The notes: generated by a model not told the origin, from the letters alone. Shown: positions 1 through 11,501, counted from the stretch's first letter. The stretch: 64,000 nt of DNA from Haliotis rufescens (GCF_023055435.1 NW_025963802.1:26784001-26848000), one strand, 5' to 3'. Made by a program: numbers and translations.

Positions 1-94
1 CATGACTCTTACCCCAACATCCACGAGTATCTGTACTATCCATCACCCCATCTTCGCCACGCGTCGCCGTACCACTCTTCTTTGTTTCAGCCAT
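1..94 (-). CDS. 5' part of the duplicated BIR protein gene (runs off the window start)
   Basis: Identical to 5152-5245 (MAETKKSGTATRGEDGVMDSTDTRGCWGKSH). Confidence 0.85.
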   Translation of the reverse strand, partial: MAETKKSGTATRGEDGVMDSTDTRGCWGKSH

Positions 95-405
95 TCTTGA
101 TCATTTTATGTCAAATACACTGACCCACTCGAATCCACACTTGTTTTATAGGAGCAGAACCGGATCGAAAATGGCTGCTTCCTGGTTGGTCCAAAACGCA
201 ACGCACGGATTGGTTCGTTCCGGGGCCTGGTTCCCACCTCGGTTTTCTTAAACGACCCGACCCCTGTGTTTCTTTTCCATAGGAAATGGATTTTACCATG
301 GGAGAGAAAGCACAACTCGGCTCGGGTGCTGTCTTCTGATTGGTCGGTGCTGTCTTATGATTGGTCGACAACCCAGGCTTCGGATTGGTCCGATTTCGAT
401 CCTGT
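87..405. promoter_or_regulatory. Promoter cassette copy A (bidirectional BIR/pPolB), duplicate of copy C
   Basis: Multiple CCAAT boxes (GATTGG), TATAAAA on minus strand at ~144-150, identical to 5238-5556. Confidence 0.75.
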
Positions 406-483
406 TTTGGGGAAGGGTTATCCATCCATCAGACGTTCAGTCCCTCTTAGAGTACAGACGTTCATCAGATACGCATCGCTATC

Positions 484-3000
484 ATGACGAGCAACCCAAG
501 TACGCCCTATCGTTTGGAGAGGCAAGACATCACCCGCTCCAGACGATTAAGACCCGCTAACCATACCTATCGTTTGACTTTCAACCCAGACTACTTGGAC
601 ACCGTACCACCGGAACGCGTTCCCATGGAACTGCCAGTTTTATTTGACAGGGTCATCGATGACTTTTATGAACAGATGTCAGGCCAGAAGGGAGATCGTA
701 TTGGTCTAGGTATCGATCATCCCGCTTTGAACACCTCCATACGGATTCCCTTTCGTCGCTTTGAAGATCTCCATGGGCTCGATATTTTGCATGCCGTGGA
801 AAAAGTCCAACAGTCCAACAAAGACCTGAACATCGATGCCACCATGGTGGTGACTTTAGTACACGTCTCAGATCCCGACAGGCTAGGATCGGGCAGTGGC
901 GGTCATCAACTGAAACACGTGATTGGACTCGAAGCCTTTTTAACACGCAAACAGTGCATTGTACGGATCAACAACCAAGATCAATCCTGTTTGGCACGGG
1001 CCCTGGTGGTGGCACAACATTATGCCCAGAAACCCCTCCCTTTGACCCCAGAATGGACCGCCGAGCGAGTGAGACTGACGAGAACGAATCGCGTCGACGT
1101 TCAAGGCATACGGGCACGGGACTTGTTTCGACGCCTTGGCCTGTCTGAAGGCCCCTGTCAGGGCCTGGACGACCTCACACGCGTGGGACGCGCCTTGGTC
1201 CCCCTGAATTATCAACTGAAAGTCTACAGTCAAGAGGTGGACCAGAGACTGTTGTACAAGTGTGATGAGGCTCCACCCCACGCCACGGTGCTGCATCTAT
1301 ACCATCATGATCAGCACTACGATGTCATCACGTCCATGCCCGCTTTTTATGGCTCTAACCATTACTGCGAACGCTGCGACAAACGTTACGATCATCCCGA
1401 AAAACATCCCTGCACCAAGGAATACCGCTGTCACCGCTGCCTCCACTGTACCTATTGCAAGTCCCTGGAAGAGCACGGGATCCCTTGCTTGACATGTCAA
1501 CGTTGGTTCCCCAATCCATCGTGTTACACTCGACATCTCCAGTCACCGTCAGAGGGAAAACCCAGCGCCTGCCAATCGATTCACAGGTGCCCGACCTGTT
1601 TTCATCTGGTCCGCATCTTGGAGACCCCCATGGTTCACCACGAGTGCTTCGACGAAGACCATCCCTGCTTGGTGTGCCGAGAACCCATGACCCCAGACCA
1701 TCGCTGTTACATGACGCCTCTCCGTGAAGAAAACGAGGAGGAGGGGGAGGGGGAGGAGGGGGAGGGGGAAGAGGAAGCGGAGAAGGAGGGGGAAGAGGAA
1801 CAACATCACGTACGAGACAATGTACGATACGCCTTCTATGATTTTGAATGCATGCAAGACACGGGGGAACACATTTCAAATTTGTGCGTGGTGCAACTGG
1901 GATGTGGACGGTGCATCAGTGAAGTCAGCAAGGACTTGTGCGAACACTGTCCATGGAGAGAAGAAGGATATGGTCCCAGCCGTGAGATCGTGTTTCGAGG
2001 CCCCACCACGCGACATGATGTGTGTGTGTGGTTGACCACGTTGGCTGAAAAACCCAGGAAGAAGCCCCACCCAGAGGAAGAAGAGGGCAGCACACGCAAG
2101 GGGACAACAGACCGTCTGGGGAAAAAAAGAAAACGGGATGACACCCCCTCAAGAAAGTACGCTTCCAAACGTCAACGACATGCATCACCCCAGCAGGAGG
2201 CGGAGGAGGGGGAAGAGGGGGATGAGGAAGAGGCCATGGAAGTGGAGAAAACAAAGAAGCCAAAGAACAAGAACACCACTTGCCATACAGTCCCGAAGGA
2301 GGATCGCATTTATGTGATGGCCCACAATGCACGATCGTATGATTTACACTTAATCCTGAAGGGTCTGTCCCCCCTCCTGGTGACACTCCCCACCAAGATC
2401 CGACATGGCCAACACATTTTGCAGATGACCCTGGGACGGTTGTGTTTCGAAGACAGCTTAAATTTCATCCCTTACCCCCTGAAAGCCTTTCCCAAGAGCT
2501 TTGGGCTGAAAGAAATGAAGAAAGGGTACTTTCCGCACTTTTTCAATACGGGAGTCAACCAGACCTACAGAGGTCCCTATCCACCAGCCGTCACGTACGA
2601 TCCCGATGGCATGTCTCCCGCGGAACGCACCGCCTTCCTCCAGTGGCATACTCAATAAGTGCAAGAAGGAGCTTTGTTCGACTTACAAGGAGAACTTTTA
2701 GCTTACTGTCAGAGCGATGTGGACATTTTGAGACGGGGATGCGCCGACTTCCGACAGAACGCCATCCACTCGGTGGGCATGGATCCCTTTGTGGAAGTGA
2801 TGACAGCTGCTGCCTTCACCATGAAATCCTTTCGAAAACACGACCTGAAACCCAAAACCATCGCCATTCTTCCACCTCAAGGCTACCAACCCAAGAGAAA
2901 CTATTCCCAGGCCTGTATGCACTGGCTCCACTATCTGATGGAAACGGACCCCCATCTGCACCTCCAGCACGCCAGGAATGGAGGTGAACAAGAGTTCACG
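484..3000 (+). pseudogene. pPolB copy 1, 3'-truncated at the duplication junction, nonsense TAA at 2656-2658
   Basis: Same protein as copy 2 (ExoI FYDFEC, ExoII AHNARSYD, ExoIII YCQSDV). TAA here is AAA at 7807. Sequence switches to TIR at 3001. Confidence 0.92.
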
Positions 3001-3186
3001 ACAGGGTTGTTGTTGTGGTGTGGTTCTAAAAATAGAAATAGAAAAGGCGGTGGGGGTGAAGGGAGGGAGGGAGGGAAGGGTGGGGGGGAGGAGAGGAGGA
3101 GGAGGAGGCGGGGTGGGTTCACGGTGTGGTGGAGGGTGGGTTGGAGGGTCGTCAAAGCAAAGGAGGAAAAGCTGTCTTTCGGGAGA
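2999..3186 (-). repeat. Inner part of the left TIR
   Basis: Reverse complement of 14107-14293 (CGACAGGGTTGTTGTTGTGGTGTGGTTCTAAAAATAGAAATAG...AGCTGTCTTTCGGGAGA) with a few mismatches and indels in the G-rich tract. Confidence 0.92.
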
Positions 3187-3189
3187 TGT

Positions 3190-3516
3190 TCACATGCATG
3201 TGCATCCCATGGTGCAAAGGCACGGGTGGATTTTCATTTCCCGTCTGACAGGACACCTACTGGTGTGCGTTAACCGCCGCACGTAGGTGTCCTTGAGGAT
3301 GGTCTTACAGTACACACATTCGAAAGTACCATCCCGTGCCCTTGTGCCAAGGGCGTACACAGGTAAGCACCCTTGGCATTTACCGCATTGCCATGGAGGT
3401 AGCGATGGCAATGGCGGTACTTCTTCTTCTTTCTTCTCCAACTCCGAGCGACACCCTTTGCACAGTGGCAAAGGGTGCACCACTGAGGCGAGCTCCAGAT
3501 CCCAGTTTTCAGCCAT
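3190..3516 (-). CDS. Small Cys-rich, putative Zn-binding viral protein (108 aa)
   Basis: CKGC, CGKCQGC and CVYC motifs. ATG lies in the same context (CAAGAATGGCTGAAA) and at a similar distance from the cassette TATA as the BIR gene. Confidence 0.65.
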   Translation of the reverse strand: MAENWDLELASVVHPLPLCKGCRSELEKKEEEVPPLPSLPPWQCGKCQGCLPVYALGTRARDGTFECVYCKTILKDTYVRRLTHTSRCPVRREMKIHPCLCTMGCTCM

Positions 3517-3830
3517 TCTTGATTTTTCGAATAAATTTTACAAGTGACACTGACCCACTCGAATCCACTCTTGTTTTATAGGGGAGGCACTGACACCCTG
3601 CTTCCTGGTTGGTTCGCCAGGCCGCAGCTCCGATTGGTTCGTTCCGGGGCCTCGCCCGCACCTCGGTTTTCCAAAACGACCCGACCCCTGTGTTTCTTTT
3701 CCATAGGAAATGGATTTTAACATGGGAGAGAAAGCACAACCCCGGTTCGGCCAATCAGGGTCCCGCCTGGTCCGAGCGCCGCCTCTGATTGGTCGGCAAC
3801 CCAGGCTTCCGATTGGTCCGATTTCGATCC
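3508..3830 (-). promoter_or_regulatory. Promoter cassette copy B
   Basis: Homologous to copies A, C, D and E: CCAAT boxes, CCATTTCCTATGGAAAAGAAACACAGGG core, CTATAAAACAAG, TCAGT initiator-like motif. Confidence 0.75.
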
Positions 3831-4500
3831 GTTTTTTTCCTTGGGTAGCCTTGGTATTGTTTTAGGTAGACGGTCGTCTGAATGCTAAAGGAAAGGTGGA
3901 CCTTCATAGGTAGACATGAACGTGGGAATGCCTACGCGATGTACGTTGTGTCACTCCCATGCCAATCGGAGTGTCATGTGTGTATGTGTGAGTGTGGATG
4001 TCTTCAAACAGACGTTGACGTTGATGCATAGAATAGCGTGTTGTCAAGCAAAACGTGGTGTCCTGTGTGTGTGTGTGTGTGTGTGACTACAACCATGGGT
4101 GTCGTATGGAGATGAATAGAGAAAGATCGATACACCTGCGTGACGTTTGCACACGTCATGGACTTCGTGTCGCGATGTGAACGTCATGTACTTTGTGTGT
4201 TGCCATGCAAACGTTGTGTCATGTGTGTGTGTGTTTTCAAATTATTATTTTTATTATTATTATTATTATTGAAGGATACCGAGGTGTTGACATCCGTGTA
4301 AGTCGACAGACGTACTGTGACACGTGTTTTCATGCACACGTGATGTTTGACGTGGTGTACTACGTGTCTCTATTGATCTATTGATATATATCTATGTATT
4401 GTATTTTTAGACGTGTGCCTCCAAGAGGTCTAGGGGGGAGGGTGTGGGTTCTTTGTTTTTTTTTGAGGGGTGGGGTTTAGCAAAGCAAAGGAGGAAAGTT

Positions 4501-4541
4501 GTCTTTTGGGTGAGATGGGTGGCCCTGAAAAGGGCCGTTTT
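4501..4541 (-). terminator. Replication-dependent histone-type 3' stem-loop plus HDE-like element
   Basis: Minus strand reads CAAAAC-GGCCCT TTTC AGGGCC-ACCCA-TCTCA-CCCAAAAGACAAC. This matches the metazoan histone stem-loop (6-bp stem, TTTC loop, A-rich 5' flank, ACCCA 3' flank), followed by a purine-rich AAAAGA about 8 nt after the expected cleavage site. Confidence 0.8.
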
Positions 4542-4825
4542 GGGGAAGAAAAACTTTTCTGCTGCTGCTGTCCAAGAAGAACGATCATGTCCAAGCTTCA
4601 TGACAAGACAAGGATCGTCGAAGCGGTACTTGTAACCATCTGGGTATGTCATCGGGGTGCCCACCGTGGCACCACTTGTGGGTCCAACAAAGAAAAGCTT
4701 GTTGGAAACAGGAAGCGGAAACAGACTGAACCAACCACAACAACAACAGCAGTAGACAAACGGGAACTTGAACGGGAACTTGAATGGGAACTTGAACAGG
4801 AACGCAGGACACGGGAAACGTCCTC

Positions 4826-5245
4826 CTAGGCAGCCGGCTGCGCTACGTCATTCGTGTACCTCTGTTTCTGGTGTTTCAACAGGCCGGTGAGCTTGAGGTA
4901 ATCGCAGTCTGGGGACCACTTGTGATGTGCCCCCCAAGGATCGTCGTGGGGTGCCCATTGTCTCAGCCGCAACCCACATTTGAAACAGCACACACCATCG
5001 GCCATCTGAGTGTAGACAAACCCCGCATGGGCCATCTCTTCAGCAGTCTGATACATTTGCGTTGGCCACGCCTCAAACGAAGCGAGCCTTCTTTCAAAGC
5101 GTAGATAATAGTGCGATGGCGTTTGACTGAGCAGTGACACCGCATCCTCGGCATGACTCTTACCCCAACATCCACGAGTATCTGTACTATCCATCACCCC
5201 ATCTTCGCCACGCGTCGCCGTACCACTCTTCTTTGTTTCAGCCAT
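4826..5245 (-). CDS. Single-BIR-domain IAP-like protein 1 (139 aa)
   Basis: RLASFEAWP...MAHAGFVY...DGVCCFKC...LRQWAPHDDPWGAHHKWSPDC fits the BIR consensus with CxxC-H-C ligands; no RING. Confidence 0.92.
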   Translation of the reverse strand: MAETKKSGTATRGEDGVMDSTDTRGCWGKSHAEDAVSLLSQTPSHYYLRFERRLASFEAWPTQMYQTAEEMAHAGFVYTQMADGVCCFKCGLRLRQWAPHDDPWGAHHKWSPDCDYLKLTGLLKHQKQRYTNDVAQPAA

Positions 5246-5556
5246 TCTTGATCATTTTATGTCAAATACACTGACCCACTCGAATCCACACTTGTTTTAT
5301 AGGAGCAGAACCGGATCGAAAATGGCTGCTTCCTGGTTGGTCCAAAACGCAACGCACGGATTGGTTCGTTCCGGGGCCTGGTTCCCACCTCGGTTTTCTT
5401 AAACGACCCGACCCCTGTGTTTCTTTTCCATAGGAAATGGATTTTACCATGGGAGAGAAAGCACAACTCGGCTCGGGTGCTGTCTTCTGATTGGTCGGTG
5501 CTGTCTTATGATTGGTCGACAACCCAGGCTTCGGATTGGTCCGATTTCGATCCTGT
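5238..5556. promoter_or_regulatory. Promoter cassette copy C, between divergent BIR1 and pPolB genes
   Basis: CCAAT boxes, TATAAAA (minus, ~5295-5301), TCAGT initiator-like motif; the only intergenic DNA between two divergent ORFs. Confidence 0.78.
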
Positions 5557-5634
5557 TTTGGGGAAGGGTTATCCATCCATCAGACGTTCAGTCCCTCTTA
5601 GAGTACAGACGTTCATCAGATACGCATCGCTATC

Positions 5635-8600
5635 ATGACGAGCAACCCAAGTACGCCCTATCGTTTGGAGAGGCAAGACATCACCCGCTCCAGACGATTA
5701 AGACCCGCTAACCATACCTATCGTTTGACTTTCAACCCAGACTACTTGGACACCGTACCACCGGAACGCGTTCCCATGGAACTGCCAGTTTTATTTGACA
5801 GGGTCATCGATGACTTTTATGAACAGATGTCAGGCCAGAAGGGAGATCGTATTGGTCTAGGTATCGATCATCCCGCTTTGAACACCTCCATACGGATTCC
5901 CTTTCGTCGCTTTGAAGATCTCCATGGGCTCGATATTTTGCATGCCGTGGAAAAAGTCCAACAGTCCAACAAAGACCTGAACATCGATGCCACCATGGTG
6001 GTGACTTTAGTACACGTCTCAGATCCCGACAGGCTAGGATCGGGCAGTGGCGGTCATCAACTGAAACACGTGATTGGACTCGAAGCCTTTTTAACACGCA
6101 AACAGTGCATTGTACGGATCAACAACCAAGATCAATCCTGTTTGGCACGGGCCCTGGTGGTGGCACAACATTATGCCCAGAAACCCCTCCCTTTGACCCC
6201 AGAATGGACCGCCGAGCGAGTGAGACTGACGAGAACGAATCGCGTCGACGTTCAAGGCATACGGGCACGGGACTTGTTTCGACGCCTTGGCCTGTCTGAA
6301 GGCCCCTGTCAGGGCCTGGACGACCTCGCACGCGTGGGACGCGCCTTGGTCCCCCTGAATTATCAACTGAAAGTCTACAGTCAAGAGGTGGACCAGAGAC
6401 TGTTGTACAAGTGTGATGAGGCTCCACCCCACGCCACGGTGCTGCATCTATACCATCATGATCAGCACTACGATGTCATCACGTCCATGCCCGCTTTTTA
6501 TGGCTCTAACCATTACTGCGAACGCTGCGACAAACGTTACGATCATCCCGAAAAACATCCCTGCACCAAGGAATACCGCTGTCACCGCTGCCTCCACTGT
6601 ACCTATTGCAAGTCCCTGGAAGAGCACGGGATCCCTTGCTTGACATGTCAACGTTGGTTCCCCAATCCATCGTGTTACACTTGACATCTCCAGTCACCGT
6701 CAGAGGGAAAACCCAGCGCCTGCCAATCGATTCACAGGTGCCCGACCTGTTTTCATCTGGTCCGCATCTTGGAGACCCCCATGGTTCACCACGAGTGCTT
6801 CGACGAAGACCATCCCTGCTTGGTGTGCCGAGAACCCATGACCCCAGACCATCGCTGTTACATGACGCCTCTCCGTGAAGAAAACGAGGAGGAGGGGGAA
6901 GGGGAGGAGGGGGAGGGGGAAGAGGAAGCGGAGAAGGAGGGGGAAGAGGAACAACATCACGTACGAGACAATGTACGATACGCCTTCTATGATTTTGAAT
7001 GCATGCAAGACACGGGGGAACACATTCCAAATTTGTGCGTGGTGCAACTGGGATGTGGACGGTGCATCAGTGAAGTCAGCAAGGACTTGTGCGAACACTG
7101 TCCATGGAGAGAAGAAGGATATGGTCCCAGCCGTGAGATCGTGTTTCGAGGCCCCACCACGCGACATGATGTGTGTGTGTGGTTGACCACGTTGGCTGAA
7201 AAACCCAGGAAGAAGCCCCACCCAGAGGAAGAAGAGGGCAGCACACGCAAGGGGACAACAGACCGTCTGGGGAAAAAAAGAAAACGGGATGACACCCCCT
7301 CAAGAAAGTACGCTTCCAAACGTCATCGACATGCATCACCCCAGCAGGAGGCGGAGGAGGGGGAAGAGGGGGATGAGGAAGAGGCCATGGAAGTGGAGAA
7401 AACAAAGAAGCCAAAGAACAAGAACACCACTTGCCATACAGTCCCGAAGGAGGATCGCATTTATGTGATGGCCCACAATGCACGATCGTATGATTTACAC
7501 TTAATCCTGAAGGGTCTGTCCCCCCTCCTGGTGACACTCCCCACCAAGATCCGACATGGCCAACACATTTTGCAGATGACCCTGGGACGGTTGTGTTTCG
7601 AAGACAGCTTAAATTTCATCCCTTACCCCCTGAAAGCCTTTCCCAAGAGCTTTGGGCTGAAAGAAATGAAGAAAGGGTACTTTCCGCACTTTTTCAATAC
7701 GGGAGTCAACCAGACCTACAGAGGTCCCTATCCACCAGCCGTCACGTACGATCCCGATGGCATGTCTCCCGCGGAACGCACCGCCTTCCTCCAGTGGCAT
7801 ACTCAAAAAGTGCAAGAAGGAGCTTTGTTCGACTTACAAGGAGAACTTTTAGCTTACTGTCAGAGTGATGTGGACATTTTGAGACGGGGATGCGCCGACT
7901 TCCGACAGAACGCCATCCACTCGGTGGGCATGGATCCCTTTGTGGAAGTGATGACAGCTGCTGCCTTCACCATGAAATCCTTTCGAAAACACGACCTGAA
8001 ACCCAAAACCATCGCCATTCTTCCACCTCAAGGCTACCAACCCAAGAGAAACTATTCCCAGGCCTGTATGCACTGGCTCCACTATCTGATGGAAACGGAC
8101 CCCCATCTGCACCTCCAGCACGCCAGGAATGGAGGTGAACAAGAGTTCACGTGTGGAGAGGGCCACCATCGGTACAGCGTGGATGGCTACGATCCAGCGA
8201 CAGGCACCATCTACGAGTTCCTGGGCTGTTTCTGGCATGGGTGCCAGACCTGTCACAAGACCCAACGTGGAGAACCACATCCCGTCCTTGGCACGTCGTT
8301 GGGAGCCCGTTACACCGACACCCGCTACCGCTTGAGTCTGCTGAGTCAACACCCTGAGGTGAAACGGATCTTCACCCTGTGGGAGCACGAGTTTACGAAA
8401 ATGCAACGGGAGGACTCCGCTCTGCGTGCTTTCTTGCAGGGACCCCGCTGTATCCACGTCCCCGGGCCGCTCAACCCTCGCGACGCTTTCTATGGAGGAC
8501 GCACCAATGCGACGCGATTATGCTACGAAGCCCAAGATGGTGAAACCATCAAGTACATCGATATTTGTTCCCTTTACCCCTACATTTGTAAGACCGGAGC

Positions 8601-9865
8601 GTTTCCCACGGGACACCCGACCCTTCTCCATCAACCCCCTGTGGACACGTTGTTTGAACTGAAAGGCCTGATCCAATGCCGTGTCCTACCCCCGAAACGC
8701 CTCTACCACCCGCTACTGCCTTACAGATCGGGTGGCAAACTGCTCTGTCCTTTGTGCCGTACGTGTGCCGATGCCCGGTCAGACTCCCCCTGCCAGCACA
8801 CGGACGAAGAGAGGTCATGGGTCGGGACGTACGCCACCGTAGAACTTCAGGAAGCCGTGAAGAAGTATGACTACCGGGTGCTTCAGATCTACGACGTTTG
8901 GCATTTTGACACTTTTGCACAGCATGACCCCGACACCCAGCAAGTGGGACTCTTTGACACTTACATCGATCGGCATTTCAAGGAGAAGCTCGAAGCCAGC
9001 GGATACCCCGAGGGATGTACGGATCACGATGCTTACATCCAGGAAATCTATGACAAAGAAGGCATTGGGTTGGACAAGGATCGCATCGAAAAAAATCCAG
9101 GACGTCGCACGATTGCCAAGATGCAACTGAATTCGCTCTGGGGCAAGTTTGGACAACGGGTAGACTACAGTCAGAACGTCTATATCAGCGATCCTGTACA
9201 GTACTTTGCCTTGTGGAGGGATGACCGCAATACCATCGAGGATGTGACCGTTGTCAACGAACACATGGTGGAAGTGACCTATACCCATCGGAAAGAATAC
9301 CAAACCCCTCATTCTCATTTCAACGTCGCCATCGCCGCTTGGGTAGCCCAAGCACGTCTCAAGCTGTACGAGACCCTTGCCCTGGTGGGCCGCAGGGTCT
9401 TGTATTTTGACACGGACACCGTCATTTACATTCATCGACCCCACGATGAAAATCCAGAGCTGGGCCATTCGTTGGGTGAGTTTACGGATGAACTGGACGG
9501 AAACACCATCAAGACGTTTGTGTCGGGAGGTCCCAAAAACTATGGCTACGAGTTAATGAACCCCAGACCCGATGGAACGCGCACGACCTGCAAAGTGCGA
9601 GGGTTCACTTTGAATTACCGAAACCAACACCATCTCAACTTTGACACCATGAAAGGACTGATACTGGGACAACGGCCTGGGAAAGACGAGGAGAAAATCA
9701 GTTTGCATTACCCTCATCAGATCATTCGAAAAGGACCTCGTCACGAAAACGCAATTGTGACCCGACCCTCCCGAAAAGACTATCGTACCGTGTACGACAA
9801 GCGACGAAACCACAGGGCTGCCTGTAGATACGCTCCCCTTTGGGTACAGAGACGACTTTCACTAA
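5635..9865 (+). pseudogene. Protein-primed family B DNA polymerase (Polinton-type pPolB) with N-terminal terminal-protein-like/vOTU-like region, Zn fingers and VSR-like nuclease insert; nonsense at 6682 and +1 frameshift near 9807
   Basis: ExoI/II/III, motif A YIDICSLYP, motif B KMQLNSLWGKFGQ, motif C YFDTDT, KNYGY. DQSCLARAL...HYDVI is vOTU-like. VDGYD...YEFLGCFWHGC is VSR-like. CGA>TGA at 6682 (CGA intact at 1531). The conserved C-terminus DTLPFGY continues in another frame to TAA 9863-9865. Confidence 0.95.
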
Positions 9866-9920
9866 AAACAATTTCATAACAGCGGATCGAAACCGAATCG
9901 ACATGGACCCCTACAGAAAA

Positions 9921-10152
9921 AAACGGATCGAAATCTGACCAATCCGAAGCCTGGGTTGTCGACCAATCAGAGGCCGCACTCGGACCAGGGTGGGCTCTGA
10001 TTGGTCGAACCGAGGTTGTGCTTTCTCTCTCACGCTACAAGACTAACCCTATGGAAAAGAAACACAAGGGTCGGTCCATTTTGGAAAACCAAGGTGAAAG
10101 TCCGACACCGGAACGGACCAATCAGAAAGCAGGACCTCCGTGGCTTTTAATA
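9921..10152 (+). promoter_or_regulatory. Promoter cassette copy D (more diverged)
   Basis: GGATCGAAATCTGACCAATCCGAAGCCTGGGTTGTCGACCAATCAG...CCTATGGAAAAGAAACACAAGGGTCGG, homologous to the other copies. Confidence 0.72.
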
Positions 10153-10356
10153 CGACCGACGCTCTCCGGTCCTCACTTTTCACTGAACGGACCAAGCAAC
10201 AACATCGTCCCTCTGATTGATGTTCCTCACGTTGTGTTGGCTGTTGGCGTTTTATCTGGAAGAAACACGTGTTTGGAGAGAGTACCATCAAGTGTTGACA
10301 CACATCCGTGAAGACTTGGAAAGAAAAAACAACGAACAGAACATCCGAACAACATC

Positions 10357-11501
10357 ATGTCGAAACGGTTGAATGACAAGACACGAAGCGACATGAGTGG
10401 CCAAGGAAGCAGTGGAGATGGGAACGGTGACATGACTGCTGAACTGTGGGGTGAAGTGTACGACTTGCTGTGTTTAAAGATGAAGACCGACGACGCGTAC
10501 GCCAAGTTACGTGCGAAGGGCGACAACCTGATGTGCGAACAGATACGTTCAAAGATGAGGAAGCTGACTGAACCCGAGAAAGGCACATCGAAGAGGACGA
10601 TTAAGAAGATCCAGAAGAAAAAGACGAGCAAACCCACAGCCATGGTGACCCCAACAGCAGCAGCAACACCCACCACCACCACCATCACCACCACAGCGCC
10701 AGTCCCCACCACCACCACCACAGCAGCCACAGCAACCACTGCAACAGCGACAACAGACACCGAAACAATGGGGACATCCTTTTTGAAACCTGCAACACCT
10801 GCAGCGTCTGCAAAAAGACGATCACGGAAGAAATTATCTCTGAAGATCTCTCCTCAAGAACAACTGTAAGTACCCTGCTCTTCTTTGTCTCAGTCGTTCT
10901 TGATGTGATGTTGATGTTGATGATGATGATGATGATGATAGCGATGTTGATGATGACTATACCTATGCCTATGATGAATGGACTCTGTCCTTTGATTGAC
11001 AGGACCCCTGATGTCAGTTCAGCCCAGACCGTGCTAGAACAGTGGTGGGAACAAACCCCTCGGGAGCCCACCTATTCACCGAATGCCCCTGTGACGATGG
11101 CGACGGGTGACCTCGATGATCATGAAGCGCTCAAGCTGGCCACTCTCCCATCCATGGATCTGGACACGCTCCCCCTGCTTGAGGCTTCATGGTCACCAGC
11201 ATCACCGGAAGAGGTTCATGTCTACTCCTCAGGTACGCCCATGGTTTGCGACGATGATGATGATGATGACAATGTTGACCTGGATCCTTATGGAGAAGCT
11301 CAACTCACTCCCCTACAACGCGAATGTCGTGTTCGCCGACACAACAACATGTTAAGGTACATCAGTTGCAACAGCGGGCAAGTGATGTGCCATGCCTGTG
11401 GTCTGGAGCTCATAGACTATACTTGTAGTATGTTGACCTATGACAGCATAGTGACACATGATGACATGCCTATCGCATCTGAGGATCACATCTTATGGTG
11501 A
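10357..11501 (+). CDS. Spliced viral protein of unknown function (~335 aa; exons 10357-10865 and 11003-11501): basic, Thr-rich and acidic regions, C-terminal Cys/His cluster
   Basis: CT|GTAAGT donor at 10866 and TTGACAG| acceptor at 11002 join ORFs 10357 and 10905 in frame (QEQ-L-TPDV). The intron removes the (GAT)n microsatellite. Lies downstream of cassette D; ATTAAA at 11804. Confidence 0.65.

Larger units (their letters stand above)
1..3000 (+). repeat. Direct duplicate of 5152-8151 (tandem duplication, period 5151 bp)
   Basis: Position x matches x+5151 almost perfectly. About 7 substitutions seen by eye (1177, 1531, 1749, 1877, 2175, 2656, 2715). Identity stops at ...GAGTTCACG (3000/8151). 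Confidence 0.97.

Noticed and set aside
2659-3273. 204-aa ORF as a separate gene
   Set aside because: Chimera of post-stop pPolB and TIR sequence created by the duplication junction
4407-4664. 85-aa minus-strand ORF
   Set aside because: No promoter cassette, non-ATG start, and it runs through the histone-type stem-loop (TALFRAT is the hairpin translated); more likely 3' UTR
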